Assembly (NCBI RefSeq): GCF_009914755.1
Contig: NC_060937.1
DNA: 64,000 nucleotides
Direction: 5' to 3' (one strand)
Source of the DNA: the human T2T-CHM13v2.0 reference genome, Homo sapiens
Shown here: in pieces, positions 41,931-52,800 of the stretch
Position numbering within the stretch: position 1 is the first letter of the stretch
How the letters are laid out: the number at the start of each line of letters is the position of its first letter
The notes under the pieces: model-generated
Told to the model about the DNA's origin: nothing
What the model saw: only the letters and a program-made list of their open reading frames with translations
Databases searched by the model: none
Position numbers and translations under genes: made by a program

Positions 41931-43636
41931 AAAAACTAGTTGTTTCTTGTTTTAACATTTCATTGTGTTACTAATTTTAATAAGAGACTCAACTCATTTA
42001 TAAGTAGGTAAACTACAGACTGGTTACTAGATTTCCAAAGGAAATAATCTAAAGAATTAAAAGTACCGTCACTTCTCTTTTCCTCTCCTTCCCCAACACA
42101 TGTTTTAGAAATATAGAGGTTATTAGTGAAGCCTTCCAAAGCCATACAAAGATGATACAAAGAATGATGATATTTTCCAATTCTTCATAGAAACCTTGCC
42201 AAGGTTGACTATAAAATTTCATGATCTAAAAGTTCTTAAATGTTGAATGATGAAAATAATATACCTAGAGAAAAATGGAGGAAAGAATCAAGTCCTTCTA
42301 AAATTAAGCAACAGTGGAGCAGAGGAAAAGAAGATGGTACTGCTGCTACCTCTGGGCCCTATTTAGTTATTTTCACACTCCAAATGAGCTATTCTCTTTT
42401 TACTAGGTGCATGGTGGAAATGGCATAACTCCTCACTTTAGTTTAGAAACAGAACATTCTCTCACAGTGGGTTTTATATTATATAACAGGTTTGAAACAG
42501 AAAATAAAGTTGATGTGAAACCATCAACCCAAACAGTTAAAATGGCAGCATATGTCACCAGTGCATAAAGGCTGGGGCTGTTTCTACGGAGAGAGGAAGA
42601 AGCCTCGAGCACAACATTAGCCTGGTTTGGTCCACATTTTAGAGCACAGAGATGTGACTATCCCACAGAGATACCAGAACTAATAACACAACTAATCAAC
42701 TTTGCCCAGAATCGGATTCCTGTTCTATGATGTAACCACTGAGAAAAAAAAGAAAGTGTTTATTTTTTATAAAGACAATGTTATAAGCTTTTATTTGCAC
42801 AATATGTTGTTGATGCTGAACACAATCCTAGGGAAGTGATCATAGCTGAGTTTCTGGAAAAACCTAGGTTTTAAAGTTGAGGAGACTTAAGTCCAAAACC
42901 TGGCTTCATCACTTACCGGCTACAATACTGGGATATGTTAACTTCCCTTGATTTCAGCTTTCTCGTCTGTGAAATGAAGATGATAATAATGCTTTCCTGC
43001 CCAGATTACTGTATTTTAGATAATGCAACTGGCAACCGGCAAATGGCAGAATGGTGAAAGATAGGAAACAATGGGGCAGTATGTCAGAGTGACAGCCACT
43101 TGCTCAATTTCAATCATCTGTGGGTAGGGATGAAGGATGAGAGAACGTGGAGAAACTTACACTTAAGAAAATCAAAGTGAGTTTTTGTTCTCTTAACATT
43201 GCCTACATAAATCAGAATATGCTAAATTTAAGAACTGAGTATATTTAGAATAGGTTTTCTATTTTTAATAATGCCATTGTTCATTTTAGTGTATTATTTT
43301 AGTGATGTGCCCTTTATGAGAGGATGAGAGTCCCATCTCCATGGGAACAAGATTTTGAAAACTTGAAGACATTGTTTTTGTTATATTGCATTCCTCTGGG
43401 AATCATTTAGGATAGCATTGTTGTAATAACATTTTATTAATTGCCTTCTTTACTATATTTTCCTAAACACTATATGGAGAAAAGTACTGTGATTACATAC
43501 TTTGAACCTTCTCTCCTGGAGCTTCCAACAAAATGTACCCAATATATTAAAAAACTGATCTACAATCCATATTCCTTCCCTTTTCTTACTTGATTATACC
43601 TGGGAGAATAAGACTTAAGTGTCTATTCCTAACGCT

Positions 43637-43935
43637 GCAGGAGTATGAAGCTTATTCATAGCTGAGAGCATAGAGAGCAGCTCAGACAAACCCAGGCAGG
43701 ATCACTTCAGAATGCCTTTTGGAAGATGCTTTGCCATACGCAGGAGTATGAAGCTTATCCATAGCTGAGAGCATAGAGAGCAGCTCAGACAAACCCAGGC
43801 AGGATCGCCTTTTGGAAGATGCTTTGCCATACGCAGGAGTATGAAGCTTATCCATAGCTGAGAGCATAGAGAGCAGCTCAGACAAACCCAGGCAGGATCA
43901 CTTCAGAATGACTTTTGGAAGATGCTTTGCCATAC
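43637..43935 (+). repeat. Tandem triplication / minisatellite, units of 103, 93 and 103 bp
   Basis: GCAGGAGTATGAAGCTTA...GCTTTGCCATAC at 43637-43739, 43740-43832 (lacks ACTTCAGAAT) and 43833-43935; near-identical. Confidence 0.97.
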
Positions 43936-45272
43936 AGGGAGTGGCAGTCTTTAGAAGAGGGTTTCTGGAAGGATCACAGAAATGCGACCACAGAAGTGCA
44001 AAGTCTCCGGTCATCAAGCTCTCAGAGTGTTCTCTGCAACAATGTGACAGGGTATAATGATTCTATAAATACTGATCTCCAGCTCACCCATCTGCCAAGG
44101 AAATATTTTCCCAGCATCTGAATTAAGTGGAGAACTGCTTAACTAAAGGACAGATGAAGCAAATCATCCATCTTCAGCGATCACTCATGGCTTTGTTCAT
44201 GAATGGTAATTTGTGGTAATAAATTCGTTCTTTTATTTTTGCTACCCAAATATGTTTGTTTGTTGAGATTTTTCTAGGTTTAGCTTGGAGACCAAAATGA
44301 GGGACAGGAGTAAAATATCACTGTCTTTTATCATGCTGCCACTGAGGGAGATGTCACATTCAGTTTTGAACAGTCCCTAAACTTTAAATATAAACTAATC
44401 AATTTGCCGATCCAGTGACCTGAAAATGCCTTGTGGAAATGGACAGAAGAGAAGGAGGGGCTGGGGGTGAAGGGGCAGAGAAGAAAAGATCATGGTCTCA
44501 GCTACACAAGCCATGAATATTATGAAAATTAAAATTTCATTATAATCATAATATTTCTCACTCCTGTGCTTGAGTCTGGAAAGAGAAATCAAAGTCTTTA
44601 ATGCTACGGTGACAAGTAGTTACTCTCTGGTAACAATCTAGATTTCCTAGCAGGCCTTTGTTATGTCTGGGCCTTTGGAGAATTTTTCTCTAGATTATTT
44701 TGTCTGTGTCTGAAAGGTTCATACACATGCTCCTGCCAAAGCTTGTCATTTGGGGGTCATTTTAGTCACTGGCAGGATATAGCTAGACAAACATGAGGCA
44801 GCTGATAAAGGACAGGCAATGCCAAAAATTAAGGTCTTTCACAGTAGATTTCTGTTTGCAGTGAAATGAAATAGACTCAATACCAAACAAAGCAAAACAA
44901 GTTAAAAGTAAAGTTGTGTGGTCATGTAATATCTTGAGTTTTTGGAGTGTGACAAAATGAAGATGGTAAGAGAAGAGGAACCCCTCCCGCACTGGGGCTT
45001 GTGAGGATAGAGAGCAGCTCTCCCGTGGCACTGCCTCACTTTCTATTTTCAGCCTTTCCATCCATGCCCAGTACTGGCTCACATATGAAACCCGCCTCTT
45101 CTGGATGTCTGAGCCCCCTTATTAATCTCATCTCTGTTTATTCTCATAAAGTGATGCCAAGTGATCACCAATGGAGTTGATACAAGCCGGGGTATTCATG
45201 ACTGCTAATGGGGTGATGAATTACCCATTCAAAGCATCTCCTCACCAATTTTAGTAAAAAACATAGATACTA

Positions 45273-45542
<270 letters not shown>

Positions 45543-46441
45543 TCAGGTGTGCTAAAATTTAATTTAAAAATTGGATCAATCATAAGCCTTTCTGAGAAAA
45601 CCATGAGAATAAATGTTAAAAATACAGATATTTTAAGAAAATTACTGATTGCATGTATTACAGTTTTTCTAAGGATTATCTTCTTGGAAGAAAACACTGT
45701 CAAATGGTATTTTAGGTTTCTGTCACAAATTTTGAGGTGCTCACAAACTAACTGCTGTCTCGCTATGGAGCTGTTTAAGATGTTCCCCACTGAAACATGA
45801 ATTTATAAATAAACAGATGAATAAACCCAAAGGAATTGTGCAATTCTTGAATAACAGAATCCATTGGCTGCACAATTTGACAATTTAAACACAATGAGTG
45901 ATTTCCTAGGCTTAATCAGCCTTCCTCCCAATCTCAGAAGCGTAAGGTTGCCTGGAAGTGTTTATTTTTCATGTTTATTTGTTTCATATTCCCCTACTAC
46001 CTACTAGGCTTGATCATATATGACATTTTATTTCATTGTTCGGACAATTGTGTCAAATAAGCATTTTATCTTTATTTTAAAACCAAGGATATCTTTGGGT
46101 GGAGAGATGACAGGACTTGCTTAGAGTCTAACAGCTTGCAAGAGGCATAATCAGGTTTAGAGCAGACGTCTTCCAATAGAAAGAGCACAAAGGAGGTCAA
46201 ATGCTAATGTTCAATGAGTGATTTCTATATGTCAGGTACTTTTAATGTACTAATGAATTTAATCTTTACAACAAATTTAAAAATCTATAAAAGTATCATT
46301 TTAAATAAGAAGATAATGTGGTATGGAGTAGTTAATGAACATTAAGGTCAAACAGGTAAATGATGAGGCCAAGACTTAAGCCACAGCAGCCTGGCCAAGT
46401 TGGAATCACTATTCATAGTACCTGAACTGAATAGTGATGTA

Positions 46442-46500
46442 CACATTGTGCACATGTACCCTAAAACTTAAAGTATAATAATAATAAAATTAAAAAAAAA
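46442..46500 (+). mobile_element. Very short L1PA 3' stub
   Basis: CACATTGTGCACATGTACCCTAAAACTTAAAGTATAATAATAATAAAATT followed by an A-run; no TSD visible. Confidence 0.85.
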
Positions 46501-47167
46501 GACTTCTAAACATTTTGGTTGACTAACATAGCTGTAATGCAAAAAGCAACTTTTAGTTAATTTTTAAATGAAAATTTTTTCCACTAGTGTAACAACTCTA
46601 TAATATTCAGTATAATTTCACATATGTATAGATTGACCAGAACCAGGCATATTCCTAATAGTGCACGGAAAAAGCTAAGTATAAAAGATAGCCAGGAAGT
46701 GATAAGATTGTGTCTATATTTTAAGCATCATCGCAAGTGCATTGACTTGGATCCCAGGTAAACTAAAGCAAACAAAAATGATAAGCAATGCAGAGGAACC
46801 AATTATCGAAAAGTGATTTACATTCAATTAAATCAAGAGTTACATTCAACTTTTTCCTCAGTCCACAATAGTTGGAAATTTGAATTTAAAAAGACATATA
46901 ATGGCTTTTGATTATTCAAAAACACAAGTCTTCCATTTTCTACTCCACAGTCACTTATTTCGTATGTAAATGATTATTTCATAATACAGAACAGCTAAAA
47001 ACACAATAAATAAAATATGACAAACTTATTTTTTTATATTAATCGCCATGGTTCTTTGTTGCAGAAAAAAGATGGAAAGAGGGCATGAGAATTAAGAACG
47101 GTCATGTGTGTAAAATATGGTTGAAGTCTAGATTCAGTCAAAAAGATTTTTCTATTCTGCTAAACAT

Positions 47168-47460
47168 TCATTTATTTATTTATTCATTTTGAGACAGAGT
47201 TTCATGCTTGTTGCCTAGGCTGGAGTGCAATGGCACAATCTCAGCTCACCGCTGAGTTCAAGCGGTTCTCCTACCTCAGCCTCCCATATAGCTGGGATTA
47301 CAGGCCTGTGCCACAACGCCTGGCTAATTTTTGTATTCTTAGTAGAGATGGGGTTTCACCATGTTGGCCAGGCTGGTCTCAAACTCCTGACTTCATGTGA
47401 TCCACCTGCCTCAGTCTCCCAAATTGCTGAGATTACAGGCGTGAGCCACCGTGCTCAGCC
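47168..47460 (-). mobile_element. AluSp/Sq-type SINE with a small internal deletion
   Basis: GAGTTTCATGCTTGTTGCC...GAGTGCAATGG (Sp/Sq-type), (TTTA)n tail, TGCTAAA flanking repeat. Confidence 0.88.
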
Positions 47461-48909
47461 TGCTAAAATTTATGAGAAACATCAGCAGAATTTATACTTT
47501 GTTTACATTTCTAGATACTTTTATTTACCACGCATCTGTCTAAATAGAAAAAAGCTCTGCTTTCGTATCACCAAAGGAATATATATTTTTAAAATCTGTT
47601 AACTTATTTCACATTGTCACAGGCTCTACACTTGAAAATGTTTGATTGTCAAAAGATCCATAGTAGAAGAATGAATTTAAAAAACAGTTACCTTTAGACT
47701 AGCAAGAAAAATGTATACTATCAATTATACATTAATTTTTCTTATCAACCATTGTTCTTAGCAAAGAAAGACTGTAAAGTAAATTCTTTTCAAGAAAATT
47801 CATGGTAGGCTGTTTCTAAGTGTTCACTGGATAGGATATGTGGACTAATCATTACACATTCCTTTCTGCCCATCAAACATGGAGGCAATGCATCAGTGTC
47901 ATGTCCAGACTGTAAACTCCCCATGGGGTCAAGGCCTGGAGGATAGGGTGGTAGGAACAAAACTGTCTCCTTCTGTGCTATTTTTCCAAAGATCCTAAAG
48001 CAGCCTTCCCAATAAAATTAAAAGCTCAATGCATGCTGTTACCTAAATAGAAAAAAAATCGACTTAAAGACACAATATGCATTTCTCTCCCTGGATATAG
48101 TCTTAGTTAAACTTATATTTTCAGCTTCAATAGCATTTCAGCAAGTTTTGTGCTATCTATTAAAAAATTGCAAAAACCAATAGAAATACTCTCCAAAATT
48201 TAATGTATTAGTGCTCAAAACTAGGCTGAGAGATTAGAGCACTATTATCAGTCTCTTAGGAAGAGAATTTTATGAATTTGGTATAATATCCCTTCTCAAT
48301 AAGAGACAATAAAATTCATGAATTTTCATGAATAACAACTTGCATTTGAGTGGCCAATATACGCCAAAGCATCATTTTAAGTATTTTAGTTCATTTAGTC
48401 ATCAAAATGACCTTAGGAGGTAGTTTAACTGTAATCTACATAATTCCCATTTTACAGTTGAGAAAATTGTGGTTTAGGGAAATTACAAAAACAAACTATT
48501 TTCTCTTCCTGCACCACAATATATATGACTATATGTATTATAAATTTTAACTAACCTGCTATCAGGATAATTTGAAAAGATTTTTAAAATTTTAAATATA
48601 ATGCAAAATAAATATTTTAAATTTTAAAAATTAAACAAGGCCACTTAGAACAAACAAGGAATAATGTGAGACAACTGAGATTAGTTAATTGCTATAGCTG
48701 ATTTTTCTAAAAATTTTTATTGTTGAACCAGAATTAATACAAATACCTAGACCTAAACATAATGTGAGCTGTATTGTACAGGTCTTAGAACCAGATTACA
48801 TAGTAATATTTTTCTTTTATTTTCCAAAGGCAAAAGATTTAATATAAAGATTCAAGATTCACATCATGACAAATGATACAAATTTATGAAATATCCTTTC
48901 TTCTTCCTC

Positions 48910-49037
48910 TTTTTGTATTTTTTGTAGATGGTTTCACCACACTGCCCAGGATGGCCTTGAACTCCTGGGCTCAAGTGATCCATCTGCCTTGGCCTCCCAA
49001 ATTGCTGGGATTACAGGTATGAGCCACCAAGCACAGC
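48910..49037 (-). mobile_element. Old Alu left monomer (FLAM/AluJ) inside the L1TD1 retrocopy 3' UTR
   Basis: GAACTCCTGGGCTCAAGTGATCC...GCCTCCCAAATTGCTGGGATTACAGGTATGAGCCACC. Confidence 0.85.
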
Positions 49038-49204
49038 AGTGGCTTTTTCTATTTTAACTAACCTTGCCATCTTTCCCCCTGTGCTTCTCTGTTACTGCCC
49101 CCTCCTGTTTTCCTGCTACATTGACTGGTTATATTGACAGGTGTGCCCCTCCCCCAGTAGCATAGGATGTTTACTCTTAGACAAGCTAGGACAGTATAAA
49201 TTCT

Positions 49205-49322
49205 AAAAGGACTAGTCAACTGCAGTAGTGAGATGGGGGCAAGAGGCAAGTAGAACAAGGAATTCTATCTGTAACTGACTGTGAACAATCAACTGAAATA
49301 ACTAACTACCTTCAGACCAGCC
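49205..49322 (-). pseudogene. RNY1: Y1 RNA (RNY1) pseudogene, full length
   Basis: Reverse complement GGCTGGTCTGAAGGTAGTTAGTTATTTCAGTTGATTGTTCACAGTCAGTTACAGATAGAATTCCTTGTTCTAC...CTCACTACTGCAGTTGACTAGTCCTTTT follows hY1 end to end. Symbol is that of the parent gene. Confidence 0.92.
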
Positions 49323-51065
49323 TGTTTTTTTTAACATACACTTTAACTTTATTAACATCTAGGTAACATCTGTAATATTCCTTGCTCCTCATCCCCAAGT
49401 ATGCTGCTAGCTGTCCATCCTTCTGGGTAGAAGTGTATTCTCCAGTTTTACTTGTTGATTTTTGGATGTGTGCTGGGGGAGAAAAGCATATTGTGTTTAT
49501 AGTCACCCTAGACTGCTAAAGTATATTCTCCAGTAATTAACTCAAAGTGGCCATATGTGAAACATAATCTCTAAATTCTTCAATATCAAAAAATACCTTT
49601 GTTTTATCCCTAAAATCAAATGCTAGTTTGGCTGGATATAGGAATCTAGGATTAAAGCCTTTTTCCTGCAGAACTTTAAAGATATTGCTCCATTTACTGC
49701 TAGCATCCAGTGTGTCCAGTGATAAGTCTGCTGTCAATCTGATTCTTGTTCCTTGGTAGATTATTTCTCTTCTCTCTATAGAAGTCCTTATTATTTTCTC
49801 TTTATCATTAGAATTCCAAAATTTCACCAAGATGTGTCTAGGGTCAGTCTCTTTTCATCAATCTTACTAGGTACTCAGCAAGCACTGACAATCTCAAGAC
49901 TTGAAACTTTCTTTAGTTCTGCAAAGTTTTCATCAATTATTTCCTTAATTATGTCCTCTGCTCCATTCTCATTATTCCGTTTTCCTGGAATTCCTATCAA
50001 ATGAATGTTGGAGCTTCTGGATCTATCCTCTCTATCTCTTTGCCTTTCTTTATTAATTATCTTTTTGGTCGTTTGGACTGTATTCTTAGAGAATTCTTCA
50101 ATTTGATCTTCTAGACTGTTCATTCTTTCTTCAAGTATGTCCATTCCGCTACTCAGATCATCTACTGAATTTTTAATTTCCAACACTCCTGGATGGGAAC
50201 TTTTCAAATTTCCAATCTCCTTTTTTATCTCTCTGATGCTATTAATCACACTACCTCTCAAGTTTTCCTCTATTTCCTATGTTAAGTCTGCTTCTTTGGA
50301 TGTCAGTTCTTCTGTTTCTAGAGTTCTGTGTCTCTCTTCTTCTGTTTTCTTAAAAAGTTTGGTGACTCCTGTTGAAATACTCAAATTTGTATGTGAATGT
50401 TTTTTATGCTTATCATAACCTATCTCTAGTGACTTTGAGGGAGAGGCCAAACATAAAGTTAGACAGGGTGTGCCAGTTCCTTGACTTGTGGGCACAACTG
50501 TTTCCTCTTCCTCCTGGGTTTTGTACACCACCTGGTGTTTCACCAACATTTTCTTCCCAGAGTCCGCAACCAAATAACTAAAGGGAATTTCTTTTTGTCT
50601 ATGTGAGTTTTCTTTTTTCTCAGTCAGGGAGGTAGCTTTACCTTTCCTATTTCAGAGCCCTTTCCTTCCTCTTCCTCCTCTGGCTCAGAATCCTCTACTG
50701 AGTCAATGAAAATAGTTTCCATGCCATCACTGGTTATCTCAACTCCATGCTTTGCATCTACCAAAGTATGACCCTGAAAGGTTGAGTCTTATTCCTTACA
50801 GAACACTGAAGTCTGTTCCTCCTCCTTCTCTAGCCCTGAGGCCTCTTCTTCCTCTTCCTTCTCTGGCCCTGAGGTCTCTTCTTCTTCTTCCTCCTCCAGC
50901 CCTGAGGCCTCCTCTTCCAGCCCTGAGGTCACTTATCCATCGCCCTCCATCCCTGAGGCCTCTTCATCCAGCTCCTCTAGCTCAGAAAACTCTTCCTCTT
51001 AAGTCTCTAAGTTGTTCATCTACTCTGGCTTAGCAACTTTTTACATAGTAATATTTTTCAAATAT

Positions 51066-51228
51066 GGCAGCTTTTTTAAAATGAGCTACATCTGAATCAA
51101 TGTGGAACTTACAGATTACCAGATAACATTCCAGACCTGCTGAATCAGAACTTTCAAGTATGGGGCTTGCACATGTACATTTTACAAATACCCACAATGA
51201 GTTGCATGCTCAATCAAGGCTGAGAATA
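51066..51228. mobile_element. MER5-like MITE remnant
   Basis: CCAGACCTGCTGAATCAGAACT...CATTTTACAAATACCC...TGAGAA. Confidence 0.55.
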
Positions 51229-52520
51229 TGTGTCATTATAATCTACCACATTCAAAGCACTTCCTTATCTATCAGTCCTCTATAAATACCAATCACCAAG
51301 TTTCAACTCATTGTAGACATTTTGCAAGGCATCATGACAATATGCTCAGCTTTGTGATGAGCCAACCTAACAGTCATGACAATTTTGAGAATATAGTCAG
51401 TTGGTCAAACCCTATCCTCACATCCTAACCATCCCAGATCTTCATCTTGAGGTCCAAGTGAATTGGAGTCCACCTAACTTTCCTCAGAAGAGAGTATCAG
51501 TAACTCTTGCCCTATCAGCCAGTAGGGTTTTAAGAATCACTTTCTTCTGCTCTATGTCATGATTCACGAGGGTTCTGCTGACCTGTTTCCAGGCAGAATC
51601 AGGACACCCTCTGTGTCTACCCACCTGCCTCCCTCTACTAGTGAAGACTTTCAGGGTCCTGAGTGCCCCGCTCGAGAGCATCTCCAGTGCTAGCCTTGTG
51701 CCTGACTTCCCTGATTTCTATGACAGATAAACATCCCATCTGTCCCTGGATACCCCTGAGGCTGATGTTCCCACCTCTCCCTTGGAGAAGTAATAACTTG
51801 CTTAAATTCCCATAAGCAGTAAGTAATGGAGCAGGTATTCAAACAGGTCTCTGTTTCCAAAGGTCACACTTTTTCTACTTTTAAAGCATACTGATTAAAT
51901 GTTTCTCCCCAAAATGAGATGTTCTAAGCAAGCCTTTGGCAAGTGCTGAATCCTGAGACATCTGTAATTAAATTCTCTTCATGTTGTACTTGTACTGAAG
52001 ATATGTTCCATTGCTTGTTTATGCAAGAACTGCACACTTTAAATACAGAGCTGGGAGAGGCAGAATTGTCCTTCTGTTAAAAGGATGAGAATTGGACTCG
52101 TATTGTTGCCAAGAAAGAGGGTTATTCTATTCAACGCAGGTGTGAACATTATGGATGCCTTTCATAGGAGATAATATTTAGCTCAAAACGAAAAAGTAAT
52201 TTTATTTTTGTCAGGTGCTTGCCTACAGCAAAAATAAAACAAAAGCATGAAAGACTGCATTGTGTAACATATTTAGGAAAAACATACACAATACACTCAT
52301 TAATTTATATAAAGCAGTCATTTGATAATCATGATGTTGATGATAATGAATAGTGTAGGCATACTAGAGTGAATTTCTGAGAAAGGGATGGGATTTGGAG
52401 GGAGTGTGGAGGAAATGGGCTTATTTGAGGGAGGGACATGAGAGTGGTTGCAGAAATGTCTAAGTTTATAGGTTCAGTAGTGAAAAGAGGAGACCTAGGA
52501 GGTAAGAGAGTGAGAGAATA

Positions 52521-52800
52521 GGCGGGTATGGTGGCTCATGCCTGTAATCCCAGCACTTTGGGAGGCTGAGGCGGGCAGATCACCTAAGGTCAGGAGTTTG
52601 AGACCAGCCTGACCAACATGGTGAAACCCTGTCTCTACTAAAAATACAAAATTAGCCAGGCGTGGTGGTGCATGCCTGTAATCCCAGCTACTTGGGAGCC
52701 TGAGGCAGGAGAATCGCTTAAATCTGGGAGGCAGAAGTTTCAGTGAGCCGAGATCACGCATTGCACTCCAGTCTGGGCAATCAGAGTGAAACTCTGTGAG
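52521..52800 (+). mobile_element. AluSq/Sx followed by a GA-rich tail
   Basis: GATCACCTAAGGTCAGGAGTTTGAGACCAGCCTGACCAACATGG; both monomers present. Confidence 0.9.

Larger units (their letters stand above)
48815..51040 (-). pseudogene. L1TD1: 5'-truncated processed pseudogene of L1TD1 (acidic repeat region, C-terminal L1 ORF1-like domain and 3' UTR)
   Basis: Minus-strand translations KVAKPE, EEEFSELEELDEEASGME, LVKHQVVYKTQEEEETVVPTSQGTGTPCLTLCLASPSKSLE, NSIREIKKEIGNLKSSH, LVKFWNSNDKEKII...GTRIRLTADLSLDTLDA match L1TD1; CDS homology ends ~49516; stops at 50277, 49875 and 49537, frameshifts near 49843 and 50637; TSD TTACATAGTAATATTTTTC at 48796-48814 and 51041-51059. Symbol is that of the parent gene. 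Confidence 0.93.

Noticed and set aside
43637-43935. CRISPR-like array or repeat-coded ORF (43682-43885)
   Set aside because: Units are head-to-tail with no unique spacers, the context is eukaryotic, and the ORF simply mirrors the repeat.
49537-50573. Three minus-strand ORFs as a functional L1TD1-like gene
   Set aside because: They are separated by in-frame stops and a frameshift, the N-terminal half and start codon are missing, and no promoter is evident.
50752-51033. Pro/Leu-rich plus-strand ORF
   Set aside because: Antisense shadow of the Glu-rich L1TD1 repeat.
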